Of a DNA stretch of 64,000 nucleotides, positions 50,994-64,000 are shown piece after piece (position 1 is the stretch's first letter; the number at the start of each line of letters is the position of its first letter). Made by a program: the position numbers and the translations under genes. Below the pieces are notes generated by a model. That model saw nothing but the letters and a program-made list of their open reading frames with translations, was not told where the DNA came from and did no database searches. This DNA comes from Octopus vulgaris (lineage: Eukaryota): the NCBI GenBank assembly GCA_951406725.2, contig OX597814.1, forward strand, positions 140,430,001 through 140,494,000, given 5' to 3'.

Positions 50994-53872
50994 GTAAGTT
51001 ACAAGTTATTATTTTGTTTAACTTAGTCACGTCTATCTAACTTTAAATCCCAAACACAACTGTATTTTGAATCATTTTGCAAATCTGTTTTGATGTATGA
51101 AAACTAACTCCTATACAAACTCTTTACGTGAGCAGTTTGTTCTCTGTCAGACTAAATGAATCTTTTATATTTTCTTTTAATCTGTTAACGCTATCATCAT
51201 TATTTAAAAACTAATAACCTTTAAAAGAAAAACAGAAAGCTAATAATATATACACATCTACATTAAATTTCAACTGAACAAATATTTAAATTGCTATCAT
51301 GTAAGCTATTAGTATCGTTAATAGATTAATATCTCTAATCAAATGGAAAATAAACATAAAAACAAAATATTTTCATTGTCCCTCGTCGTTGCTATCTGTT
51401 GGACATTTAAATTGATTGTGAAATTTAAACCTATTGCTTATGACTCTCTCCTAAAGTTGTTTATTTTAAATTTGTCCTATTAAAAAAAATATTTATGCAT
51501 TAATATTGCTGTTTCTCTGTGTCTAATATACACACATACACATTACACTTGCTTATAAAAAATTTAGGTACTTTGTTCCATCATTTTCACTACAACAATG
51601 ATCATTCCATTTTAGTCGTTTCATAGCTTTCTTGTTACGATTATGGCGATTTTTCATAATCATGTACTGTATATATATTCTAAAATATTGCAGTCTTTTA
51701 ATTAAAGAAAATTACAATATTACTATTAATCTGTTATACACCTTCGACCTAATAACTCTACTGTTAGATTACACTTACTGATATGCTGAGGTTTCCATAC
51801 TATCTTATATATATATGTGGCCTTAATTTACCATGTTTTAATGTTTCTATTCCATGTTTTTCTACTTGGGGCCAATTTTATTTCAGCAATACATTAAACC
51901 ATGTTAGAAGATACTTATTTTGTAACAGATACGTGTGTAACTTTAATTATTATTTACGGAATTCACAAAACATGATTGTTCTTACGTAGAGTAAGACTCA
52001 CCTCACTACTGACTTAGCCAACTAACTACAACTTGATGGGGGGTATATTTTTATTTTTAATTCATATTGTTCAGCTTTTCTCTCCCTCTAAGTTGTCTTC
52101 CATTAATTTAAATACTGGTGTTTGTGAAAATAAATGCACAGCATCGTCTAGAAATGGGTAGTATTGGTGGGGAAAGAGAGAGAGAGAGACCTGTGACTAT
52201 AGATCCTTTAATTTCTAGAATGGCTATTTACAATATCGGAATCTTCAGCATTGAACACATTTTGCTCAATGCTCACTCACAGATCTCATGCTTACTCTTT
52301 TCCCGACCATTGTATTCGTTTTTCCTTGTAAGATATCTCTTTTTAATTTTAATCTTTCTTAATGCATCAATTGTTCCATCCATTGAGTTGTAGAAACACA
52401 ACGAAAAATCTATGAAGGATATTTAATCCACCGTATATACACAATCATCATTTTTTTTTTGGAAAGAAAATTTGCTTGTAATTGTCAATGAATGCATCAT
52501 AAAATGCGTATTCTTCATTTTAAACTTAATTTCACAAAGTAAACAATTCACTTGAATTGTACATAGTAATATATTGGTTTGCCGATTTTACAATCGTGGT
52601 GGATGGTCATCATCTTGGTAAATTTCTGTTAGCTGGTTTCCTTCCTCTCTACATTTTTATTGAACATGTCGTTTCCTAAATGTCTGTCTACATGATTTTT
52701 TTTTCCTTTTCCATTTGGTGAATATGATTTTATTTCAAAGTTAAAATACTATTTTGACATTTGCCTGTATGACAGACACATACATCTTTCGTGTCGGCCA
52801 CTACTTATCACCTATCATTTGGATCAGCTACATCATTTACCGATTATTTTATGGTTGATAACAATTTTATAAAACTGCTATAATGTTGCTTTTATTTTTT
52901 TTCTGTATCTTACTGGTTTTGTGATTTTTGCAATATATATCCCACTACACGTTGCTTATTAAATGAATGGTATACTTTTTTTACGAATCGTTATAAAAAC
53001 TACACATGTAAGTTTGTTAATAACTAGATCTATTGGTTAACTATACTTTGCCTTCCAATTAGGCAGTTTACATAATAATATAGATTAATATCCTCACTTA
53101 AGATGATTAGTTAGCTGCGGCATGATTATTTGTATTAAACAGAATTCACACCGCATTTGATGAAACTTATTTTGTACACATACATGTATTATATACACCA
53201 TGTACCAAAAAACTATACATTCATATATGATAAATAAATGATTTTCAATTCTAAGCAAAAACAATGAAATGTGTAATTCATTTAATGGCTAAGAATTTGT
53301 TGTTAGAGACTCGATTTTCGGTGTTTTTCAAAGTCAATATCTAGACCGACGAGTGACGATAGTTTAACCACGTGCCTATGGGTACGGCTCAAGAAATCAT
53401 TAACTATCTTGTCATAGTAGCAGAATGATTTCTGCTTTTCGCTGTCATATCGGTCCTTAGAGTGAGGTGTGTACGGGTGTTTATATGGTTTGCCTCAGTG
53501 TCTGAGCTAATTTCTTAGGGATATATTTTATTCTATGAGTATCTAAAATAGTGATAAAAGTGTGTGTAGGTGTACATATGATTGTAAAAATACGTCTAAC
53601 ATTTATGTGGAAGGGTTTATGCTTGTGTACCTAGACCCTTTTTTTTTAAATACGTACATGTAAGAAAATATTTTCGGGAAACTCTTATATATATTGATTC
53701 ATAGTGGTAGCCTTTTATCTACTGTCTACCCTAAGCGTTCACTTATGTGACCTTTTACATACATAGTAGAGTTTATCGGTTCGGAGGTATGTATTATGTA
53801 TATGTGTGTGTATATATATATATATATATCATCATCATCATCATCGTCGTTTAGCGTCCGTTTTGATGATGA

Positions 53873-53948
<76 letters not shown>

Positions 53949-54689
53949 TGCTTGGGTGCACTTGTGTCTGTGTGTTTGTTGTAAGTTGGTATACTTATAC
54001 ATATATATGTTTTGAGTTTGTAAGATATATTCTTATTGGTAAATACCTGAGAATGTTCATATTTTGCTTACCCAATCTAAATGTTTCTTGTTTTGTTTAA
54101 CATGTTTTCATAGCAATTTGGCTTGAAGTGTTTACGAATCAGTTAACAAGTTTCTTATAGAAGAATTTCTTGTTCGTTGCAGGACCTGTTATTTGACATA
54201 GACGTTAAAGTACACGAAGGCGTCCTCGATTGGTTAGAAATAGCTGCCAAGTTTTCCCTTAACTCATATTCTTTCACCATTGATATGGAAAGGACTACAG
54301 CATAAGATATTTTAACTCTTACATTTCCCTTAAAAAGATAGTGATCACAACTGGAATGTATTTTAATCTTAGGTTTGACTTGAATGATAGGGTTGAATTG
54401 GGTTTAATTAAACAATTTGTTATTTTTAATTATCAAAACTGAGAGGTCACACGAAGTTCAGTGTTGAACGTCAATCGCTCTATCTCACCAGCTGTTTTCA
54501 CAAATTAGAAAATCTCAAAACCGTTTCGTTGCCACCCAGGTTTCACTCGATGTTGTCTATACTTTTTTTTTCTTTACTATTGCCAATAGGAGGAATTCGA
54601 AATGGTGAGTTCCTCAGGCATCGTGACGACTCAACTAGAGCTAATCTAATTGTTCATCGTCGTCACCATCAAGCACTGGACATAGCTGT

Positions 54690-54921
54690 ATCCAGTCCCA
54701 GGATTCATAAGGCTAGTTACCTGATTTCCATTGCGTAAAAGTAATTAGGATCACAACCTCCCCACTGAACGGAACGCCAGTCCGTCGCAAGTTGACAGTC
54801 GAGTCGACTGAAACAGTGAAATCAAATGGTTTGCTCAAGAACACAACGCACTACCTGGACTGGTCCGGGAAACGAAACCACTGTTTCGTGATCGTGAGTG
54901 CAACACCATAACCTCTGGGCC
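54690..54921 (-). mobile_element. Old tRNA-SINE (head B, tail Y)
   Basis: ttgctcaagaacacaacgc...gtgagtgcaacacc matches the head at 2740-2840 and 7620-7750; cccc.ctg.acgg.acgccagtcc.tcgca matches the tail at 25228-25260. Confidence 0.6.
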
Positions 54922-57790
54922 AGTTTTTCAGCGATGACTAATTATTACAATTGCAGAATAATTGAGTTCTCATGTAATCATATTGTTGCAATGGCGGTAT
55001 TTCCGTCGTTGCCATTAGCTTAGTGATTTGGGCTTACTGCCATTCTCTCTGTTTGCGATGTTGAGATCTTGGATCACCAATTCTGTAGGGTTTATGACTG
55101 TATATTATATAGATCTGAAAGCCTTCATTAGACATCTATTCCACTGGTCTAAAGACGCACTCCAACTTCAGCAGCGCATATTCAGATTAGTTTCAGTGCA
55201 TTTAAGCACGTAAGCTTAACTTCTCAAATAGGACTCAGGGTGAGCTTTTTTGAAACAATTTTTTGTGGGTGGGAGAAGTGCATTTGATATGCCAACTAAT
55301 CCACCTTTCCAATATGTTTGGGACCTGATGAGTAAGAAATGCTTCCCCCAATCCCTTAATCTGTGGTGGCAAAAATCCTAGTGGTGAACTAGAACAGGTT
55401 CTTGAACTGGAATACGCACATCCATAGGGGTAACGTCAGATAAATTACGAGGGTACGCGAAATTTATAAAATCACTAGAATTTTGAAGTAACTGCAATCA
55501 ACTTCTTTTCAGAGCTGCACTCTCAGATTTACTAAATTGTATTTATAAAAAAAGATAATCATCCAGTATGATGTTTGCAACTCTTGGTTTCCAAATATAA
55601 TTACTATGTTTACTCGTGTATAAGTCGTACACCAAATTTAGTTATAATTATTGGCACAAAATTTTCTGCTTTATATTCAAACTTGTCCTGTGTATAAGTC
55701 ATACCTCGGGTGGGTTTTTTTCAATCAACTTATACAGAAGTAAATTACGGTAATAACAAATAGTTACATTGTTTTATGACACCCGTTATCTATTTTGTTT
55801 GTATCCCACCACTTTCACAATATATTCTTCACAAGGGATACGTCAACAATGCTAGTTGTGTGAGCTGGGAAGCGTTGAAAGTGCCTGAAGTATAATGTTT
55901 TACATTGGATTAAGTTTTGCCTGCATTCCAATCAACTTTATTGACAAGTAAAGTGTACCAGATGTGTAAAAAGCGATTCGATTGTTCCCCAACCCCGTTC
56001 ATCAGCAAATTTTTGGCATTATGTTAACATATGAAATCAATTATTACTAATAAGACTGACATACCATTCATCACATGTATAAAGACGAAATACTAATTGA
56101 TGTTTCAAATATTTAGAGGGTTTTATTAAATAGCATATTGAGCGAAATTAGATTTATAAAGCTAACTTTTTATAGGTTAAAAATTAATGGTACTTCATCA
56201 TCATCGTTTTAATGTCCACTTTTCCATACTTGCATATGGATCAGACTGAATTCGTTAAGTGAGATGTTTTACAATCCGATGCTGTCCTTCCTGTCGCCAA
56301 GTCTCACTTGTTTCCATAAAAGATTGGAAACCAACAACACCGCTTGTATGACAGTGATACTCGTTTACAACCATCATATGGTCTTAAGATAAAGTGGTAC
56401 AAACACACACACACATACCGTGACTTTCTTTCAGTTTCCGTCTTCCAAATACACTTAAGACTGTAGTCGGGCCGGAGCTATAGCAAAAGACACTTGTCCA
56501 AGGTAACATGCTGTGGGACAGAACCCGAAATCGCACAGTTAAGAGGCGAACTTCTTAACAACACGGCCATGTCTAGTCAGAAAACAATTTAATGGAAATA
56601 GTACGTAAGAAGTGTTTATAAATTACATGACTTACAAACATCAAATGTTACATATAAAATAGTTATGAAAGTAAATTAAGAGGAATTGTGAAAAATATAT
56701 ACTTTTACAATTCTTCTGCCAGCTCAACAGTAAGGGCGGGTGGGGTGGAGGTATAATATATAATTTGTAGCGTTAATATAACCCAACTGTCTAAGGCAGC
56801 AAGATGGCAGAAACGTTAGCACACTGGGCTAATTGCAACATTTTGTCCGTCTTTATGTTCTGAGTTCAAATTCTACCGAGGTCGACTTTGCCTTTCATCC
56901 TTTTCGGAATCGATTTAATCGACTTACCTTCCCAAAACTGCTGGCCTTGTTCTAAAGATTAAAACCAATCTGACTTGATTACGGAATATATATTTATAGC
57001 ATTCGTGTTAATAATCATTTTTGCCTATTCGTGCAGTTTTGAATTTTTATGTAACTAAGATGAAAATCATGGCAACTTTAACACTGACTTATTTTATATA
57101 TTTAGCGTTTTTAGTCAAATTTTCTGGTTGTCAATTGTAGTTATTATTGCAGCATTTAGCTATGTTCTGAGTTCAAACCCACACTGTGGTTAACCTTATC
57201 TTTACCCTTCCAAGGTAGAAAGAAAAGTATATTACTAGTCAAGAACTGGAGCAGATTTTAGGCAACTAACTCCCTCTAAATTTCCAGTTTTCGATCTGTC
57301 TAAGAAACCATTATTACCAAAACTGACTTCCCCCTCCATCTATATATTTTAAAAAAATCTCAAAAAAATCACCCTGGGTCCCATATGTGAAGTCGGGTAT
57401 CCTATAAACACTAAAAAAAATTCCTAGATTTGCGCTGCTGAAATTTATACTATCAAGTACTATATTTTTAAATGGCAGAATTGTTAGAGCGTCGAGTATA
57501 TTACCTTCCGGCATTTCTTCCAATTCTTGACGTTGTGAGTTTAAATGCCGCCGAGGTGAAACTTTACCTTTCATTCTTCTGGGATCAAGAAAATAAAGTA
57601 CCAAAATTCCTACTCTTGTTCTTAAATCAGAAGTAGCTATCTTTTAAAACTTAGTTTTAACGCCTTGTTTTCTCATTCTACTGTTTAAACAGTTTAAATT
57701 TCACAAACAGAAATTTGAACACTGTTTTGATATTTCTTTTTCAATAACTTATAATATGATATTGTTGCTGGCATGTTATTTTGGTCCACA

Positions 57791-58138
57791 GGCGCAGGCG
57801 TGGCTGTGTGGCAAGACGCTTGCTTTCTAACCACATGGCGCCGGGTTTAGTCCCACTGTGTGCCGCCTTTGGCAAGTGTCTTCTACTGTAGCCTCTGTCC
57901 GACCAAGACTTTGTTGGTGGATTTGGTAGATGGAAAAAGCTGGAAGAATCCCGTCGTGATATATAGTTGAAATTTATAGAAAGACGAAAGCCGAAGACAG
58001 GTGTATGAGCAACAAGCGTGTTAGTTTGACACTCGGGAAAGTGAAAAGTTCTTTTAAGTTTCGAGCCTACGCTTTTCAACAGAAAGGAATAAGAAAATAT
58101 ATATTTAAAAAAAACTTGTGGATTTAGCGGTCAAGCAT

Positions 58139-58173
<35 letters not shown>

Positions 58174-58338
58174 CCTCCACCATCGTTTGACAACCAATGC
58201 TGGTGTCTTTATGTCCCCCTAACTTAGCTGTTCGACAAAACAGACCGATAGAATAAGTACCAGGCTTAAAAAAGAACTGGGGTTGATTCATTCGACTAAA
58301 AATTCAGTGATGCCCCAGCGTGGTTGCAGTTTAATGAC
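57791..58338 (+). mobile_element. Major octopus SINE carrying a Penelope-like insert in its internal microsatellite
   Basis: SINE halves 57791-57960 and 58150-58338, separated by ~57965-58140. Confidence 0.85.
58051..58086 (-). ncRNA. Degenerate hammerhead-like motif, same subfamily as 30153
   Basis: Minus strand CTTT-CTGTTGA-A-AAGC-gtag-GCTC-GAAA-C-TTA-AAAG. Confidence 0.55.
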
Positions 58339-59120
58339 TGAAACATGTAAAAGATAAAATTATCGATTTTGTTTAATCTGCCCCTTTCTTACGCTTATTT
58401 TTTTAGAATATAGGCTGTTAAAAATCGGCAATGTAATTGCTTGGGTGTATTTATATATTTAGTGTCCTTGTTAATTTTCCTGATTAATATATCCTAATTA
58501 ATTTTCAATATTTGTAAATGTATGACTCGTAACTAAAATAATTAAGAATGTTTTCAATTTTTCTGATAATTGATTCGACTTGCCTAAAGATTAAACCAAT
58601 ACATCCCGGGTAATTTTCAACATCTGTTAAAGTACAAAATGTTATATATGAACGAATATTTTGCGCATACAAAACATAATAATAGTCGATTGATGTAACG
58701 AATGTCCACAGTTCTTTGTATGAGTTAGAAAATCTCTGGAAAGAATAAATTGATTCTGTTGGGAAAATTGTCACATGTCTTGAAACTAAAGAGATGCATG
58801 ATTATTATATTATGCAATCTTTATCCATGTATGTGCGAGCAGTTTGCGTGTGTCTATATATGCATGCATTTGGATGTGTATTGTATGCTCACTAGAATAT
58901 ATGTACATATAGCTGCGTGTTTTTACTTGGGCGATATACATGTATTTTTGTGTGTAACGAGAAACAAGAGTACATTTTGGTTATCTCGCCCCCATTAAAA
59001 AATTGGGTTATCTCCCCCCGTTTTACGAGAAATATCGGTACTTTAGGTCATCTCTCTCTACTAAAAAAATTGTTTAACCCTTAATAAAACAAAAACAAAA
59101 AAAATTTTATTACAAATTAT

Positions 59121-59534
59121 GGATCTTTTCGGTTTGAACGGCAGTTTTTTCTAGCGGTGTCATATGAAATTGTCACCCATAATTATGACCCTAGTATCGA
59201 TCTATTGCATTTCAATCTATTTTAGGGTTAGGGGTGGGGAGAAGGGTATCTTTTTTTCTTCACAAATGTAAATAAACCCAATCTGTTTCTTAAACGAGGG
59301 ACATATTCATACGGCACAATGTTTTTTTTACCTCAATTAGACGTCAGTGATTGGTTGAAATTGCAGAAATTGAAGAAAAAAAACAACAAATATTTTACAA
59401 ACTATAGAATTTTCTAAAATAAAGTCAAGAGAAAAAGATATTTTATAAACACATTCTACCAGTATACGAAGTTTAAAATTTTTTAGTTACCTAGAAATTA
59501 TGTTAAAAACTGCCGTTTAAACCGAAAAGATCCC
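59121..59534. mobile_element. ~415 bp MITE with ~29-bp TIRs
   Basis: ggatcttttcggtttgaacggcagttttt / aaaaactgccgtttaaaccgaaaagatcc; internal ttagggttaggg at 59222. Confidence 0.88.
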
Positions 59535-61007
59535 AAATCATACCATTCCTATTGAACAGGCCAAATGTCAACTGTGTGTTGAAGTATTAATTCAAAAAGA
59601 TCTCTTTTAATCCAATCTCTTGTCACATTAACTCTATTTTTTAGTGGGGAGATAACCAGAAAGTACCGAAGCACGTGTATAGAGAATGCAAATGTATGCA
59701 CTATTGTATGTATGTAGTAAACAACTTTGAATGTATGCATACAAATAGTTAGATTTGACGTAATTAGTCTGTTGATGGCGTGGATACATTCACTAGATTG
59801 AAAAAAAAAATTACTCTATTTATCGTAATTTTCTTTATCCTGCTATAATTCTAGTCACCGTGCTATGTCTGGGATATAGTTGACATTGTCTAGAAACGTA
59901 ACTAACTGCAAATAATTCTTTTAAGCGGTTTCTGAGACTGCAAACATGGTTTCAATCCCCAGTTAAAGCTAATTTACTTAAAATATCACCTCTTTTGTTA
60001 CCATCTTCCTGTTGAAATACGTCGCTTTGTTTCACTGTTGGTAAATTTACTGAAATAATTTTATCATTAAGCTGGCGTTTGGAACAAATTAACATGGAAT
60101 TTTGTTAGATTTTAATTTAGCTCTCCCTAAAACAGGTAGTTTGTATTATAGAACCAGGTGTAGTTTCTAGTGGGTTAGTGTCAAAAGAGTTAAGCGGCGC
60201 GCTATTTCTTTTCCATTCCATTTATATTTTTATAGTAGTAGAACAATTAGGTTAACAGGTGTGAAAGAATAATACTTCAAAGCAATAACAATTTAATTTT
60301 TATTGTTTTAGAAAATTGTTTCTTTTTATTGTCTATTAGGGGTTGGGTGAAAATGCGCTAATTGCTCATTATTATTTTTTCTTTATTGAACTTATATTTA
60401 TTTATATTGTGTCCGATCTAGCTATACTACTTTCAATGTTATCTTACTAATACCACGGAAGTGGTATTCTAGATTTCATTCAGTTTATCTTGTATTGTCT
60501 GTGCGCGCGCGGACGGACACACATACACACACAAACTGAAGTCCAACTCTGAGTTTAAACTGTCTCACTCGTTATTTACTTCTGTGTTTTAAACGTTATC
60601 TTATCAACACCGCTGTTTTCATTCTGTTTATCATGTTAGTTATATATACTCTACAGCGACACAGAATAAGTGAAACCCAAATTTTAGAATCAAGTGCTTG
60701 ATCTTCACTAGTTTTTAATTTACCTCTACAAATAAATAAATAAATGTCGCATTTAGAAATGTTATAAAGGTTAATTTGTTTGACTAGGTTGAGGCTGTTG
60801 ATTTTATGAAAAGGTGAATGGAACGTAATCCACAACCACTTAGGCATACATAACACCTATGTATATGATACAAAACAAATATAAACGAAAAAAGATTTAC
60901 TTTTTAAATTTTTAGCTGTTTTTTTTTCTGTATTTCCCAGTATGTTTTATTCGTATAAAAACATACAGTAGTATTTTCTCAATGAACGATGTAGTTTTAT
61001 GTATGTT

Positions 61008-61059
<52 letters not shown>

Positions 61060-61995
61060 TCTTTACTCTTTTACTTGTTTCAGTCATTTGACTGCTGCCA
61101 TGCTGGAGCACCGCCATTAGTCGAGCGAATTGACCCCAGGACTTATTCTTTGTAATCCTTGTACTTATTCTATCGGTCTCTTTTGCCTGGCTTCCATGCT
61201 GGTGGCACATAAAAAGCACCAACCAATCGTTGCCATTGCCAGCCTCCTCTGGAGTGGTTGGCTTTAGGAAGGGCATCCAGCTGTAGAAACACTGCCAGAT
61301 CAGACTGGAGCCTGGTGCAGCCTCCAGGCTTCTCAGACCCAGGTCGAACCGTCCAACCCATGCTAGCATGAAAAATGAATGTTGAACGATGATGATGATG
61401 GATGGGTACCTTGAACAAGTGTCTTTTACTATAGCCCAGGGTTGAGCTAAGCTATGTGAGTAGATTTGGTAGATGGAAATTGAAAGAAACCCATCATATA
61501 TGTGTGTGTGCACATGTCTATGTAAGTACACACACACGTATATATATATATATATACATATTTTCATGTGTGTGTTCTTTTACCATTTCCTTGCCTTGAC
61601 ATCATGTGATAGTTGTAAGCAAGTGTCACTATTATGCAAGTGATATTCTTTGTTTTCAATCTTCCATGAAAACATGTCTGGGCATGGTGAGTATTACCTT
61701 CCTTGGGAACAGGTGAGAGTTGGTGACAGGAAGGGCATCTTTTAGTACACAATGTGTGTGATCTTCTGATCTATGTAAGCATGGAAAAATGGAGGTTTCA
61801 TATATTATGTGGACAAGACTATTATCAACGGAGACTTTAAAATATATCTGATCATTCAGGTGCTTAAATTCTGTGTATGTACATACATTTACTCAATTTC
61901 TGACCGTTTATCAATGGTCTCTATCACAGTTTTGTTGTGCCACTTTTTATCACTGGTAAAACTGTCAGCATTTTTGACATGTGTGTGTGCGCGCA

Positions 61996-62228
61996 TACAG
62001 GATGGCCCAAAAGTAGGTTTACAGTTACTCAACTATCTCTTTCGCATTAATATATTAACAGTTTAGATCTTAATAATAAAAAAATATGAAACCATTATTC
62101 TATGTTAATTTAGTTAATTTTGTCAAGCTCCCTTTTCAGTTTGTAAGATAGAAATTTAAATGTAATAAAATGTTTTAAAAGAAATTTAAAGTGTCTACGT
62201 GATAACTGTAAACCTACTTTTGGGGCAT
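61996..62228. mobile_element. Tc1/mariner-type MITE
   Basis: ta|caggatggcccaaaagtaggtttacagtta ... taactgtaaacctacttttgggg. Confidence 0.75.
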
Positions 62229-64000
62229 TGCTTTGATGGGTTTTAGTCTAATAAATTAACCTAGTGCTTCTCTTTCTTTTTATGTCTGGTGTTCTGTCAG
62301 TTTCTTTTGCTGAATTTCTAAGATATATGGATGAAACAAACCAGCATTGGTTGTCAAGTGGTGGCAATCACACACACATACACGATGGGCTTCCACACAG
62401 TTTCCGTCTGGCAAATTCACTCAAGTGATTGGTCAGTCAGGGATGATAGTAGAGGTCACTTGCCCAAAGTGCCATGCAGAGCTGGGTGGGTCGGTATTGT
62501 GTATTTATATTGATTATGTAACATGCCATATGTACATACTTGTAGTATCAGTGAAATATGTTTAACTTGATCGAGCCTTTATCTTTTCATTGATAACAAA
62601 AACATTACAACTCTATTGTGAAAGAGTCCAATATTAATGACTTTGTTATTGAATGCACACTATTTTTGACCAGTTGTTCTGCAATAATAATAATAATCCT
62701 TTCTCTAAAATTTTGGGTGTAGTGACTAGTCAATTACATTGACCCCTAGTACTCAACTGGTACTTAATTTATCGACCCCAAAAGGATGAAAGGTAAAGTC
62801 AACCTCGGCGGAATTTAAACTCAGAAGGTGAAGATAAACGAAACACCATCAAGCATTTTGCCTGGTATGCTAATGAGTCTGCTAGCTCGCCACTTTAATA
62901 ATAATAATAATCCTTTCTGCTATAGGCACAAGGCCTGGATTTTGTGAGGATGGGGATGGTCAGTTACATCAACCCCAGTACTCTACTGGTACTTAATTTA
63001 TCGACCCCGAAAGGATGAAAGGCAAAAGGATTAAAGGAAAAAAATTGTCTAATATGCTATAAAATATGGTAGTTTGGCTAGGTGATGATGTTTATTTGTG
63101 AACAGGACTATTCGATGGGAAAGGCATTCAGTGTTGTGTTCTTTGAAACATCTTGTTAGTTATTAATAAAAAAGGATGGTTCCTTATGATTAGGAAGAAG
63201 ATAAATTAGTAACTGTATTATCCAATGAGAATTAAGGGTGTTTTAATCTCAAATTTTGCCTCCTGTTTTAATCTCATAGATTTTCAATAATCACAACATA
63301 ATTGTTCAGGCTGTTATTCTCTTTTTTCCTGTTTGTCATTTGACTGTGGCTATGCTGGAGCACCATCTTTAGTCAAGCTAAAATCGACCCTAGGACTTAT
63401 TCTTTGTATGCCTAGTACTTATTCTATCGGTCTCTTTGGTGAACCACTAGGTTACGGGGACTTAAACACATCAGCATCGGTTGTCAAGCGATGTGGAGGG
63501 GGGCAAACACACACACACACACAACAGACTTCTTTCAGTTTCTGTCTACCAAATCCACTCACAAAGCTTTTGTCGGCCCAAAGCTATAGTAGAAGACACT
63601 TGCCCAAGGTGCCATGGAGTGACACTGAACCCCAAACCATGTGGTTGGTAAGCAAGCTACTTATCACACAGCCACTCCTGTGCCTGCCACTCCACTGCAT
63701 TTTTAGGATGTATGTCTGTATAGTTAAGGAGTTCACTTAGAAACCACATGGCTTCAGGCTCAATTCTAGTATGCTGCACCCTTGACTGGCCAATAGCTTG
63801 TGAGTAAATTTGGTAGGTGTAAACTACACGAAAGCCCATCGTGTGTGTGTGTGTGTGTGCATTTTTGTCTCTGTTTGGTAACTGATGTTTGTTGTATTAT
63901 TGTAACAAGTACCAGACTTTAAAAAAAATAAGTACTAGGGATGATTTGATCAACCAAACCCTTCGAGGTGGTGCCCCAGCTTGGCTGCAGTTCAATGACT

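Overview
AT-rich, repeat-saturated eukaryotic DNA. The repeat repertoire points to an octopus (coleoid cephalopod) genome; that assignment is inferred from recalled SINE families, not from a search. There is no intact long gene, and nearly all listed ORFs are microsatellite or SINE artefacts. The recognisable protein remnants are all transposon-derived: a Helitron PIF1-like helicase fragment (11.3-11.9 kb), a piggyBac N-terminal remnant (~14.5-14.75 kb), a Tigger/pogo transposase pseudogene (21.1-21.8 kb), a full-length decayed mariner (33.7-35.5 kb) interrupted by a CR1-type LINE 3' end, and RTE and CR1/L2-like LINE fragments. The best host-gene candidate is a signal-peptide first exon at 50938-50993 (+), inside a CpG-retaining domain. 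Most notable observations: (1) a same-strand cluster of six Helitron pieces in which three families recur in the same order twice (9.8-15.1 kb); (2) five or six minimal hammerhead-ribozyme motifs of the Penelope type, five with an extra A after the core and mostly next to (TA)n tracts; (3) long near-perfect palindromes embedded in (TA)n; (4) modular head/tail-swapped tRNA-SINEs and nested inverted SINEs that would form dsRNA; (5) a telomeric (TTAGGG)n array inside an inverted-repeat element. Coordinates were read by eye and are approximate to a few bases unless a terminus is quoted.
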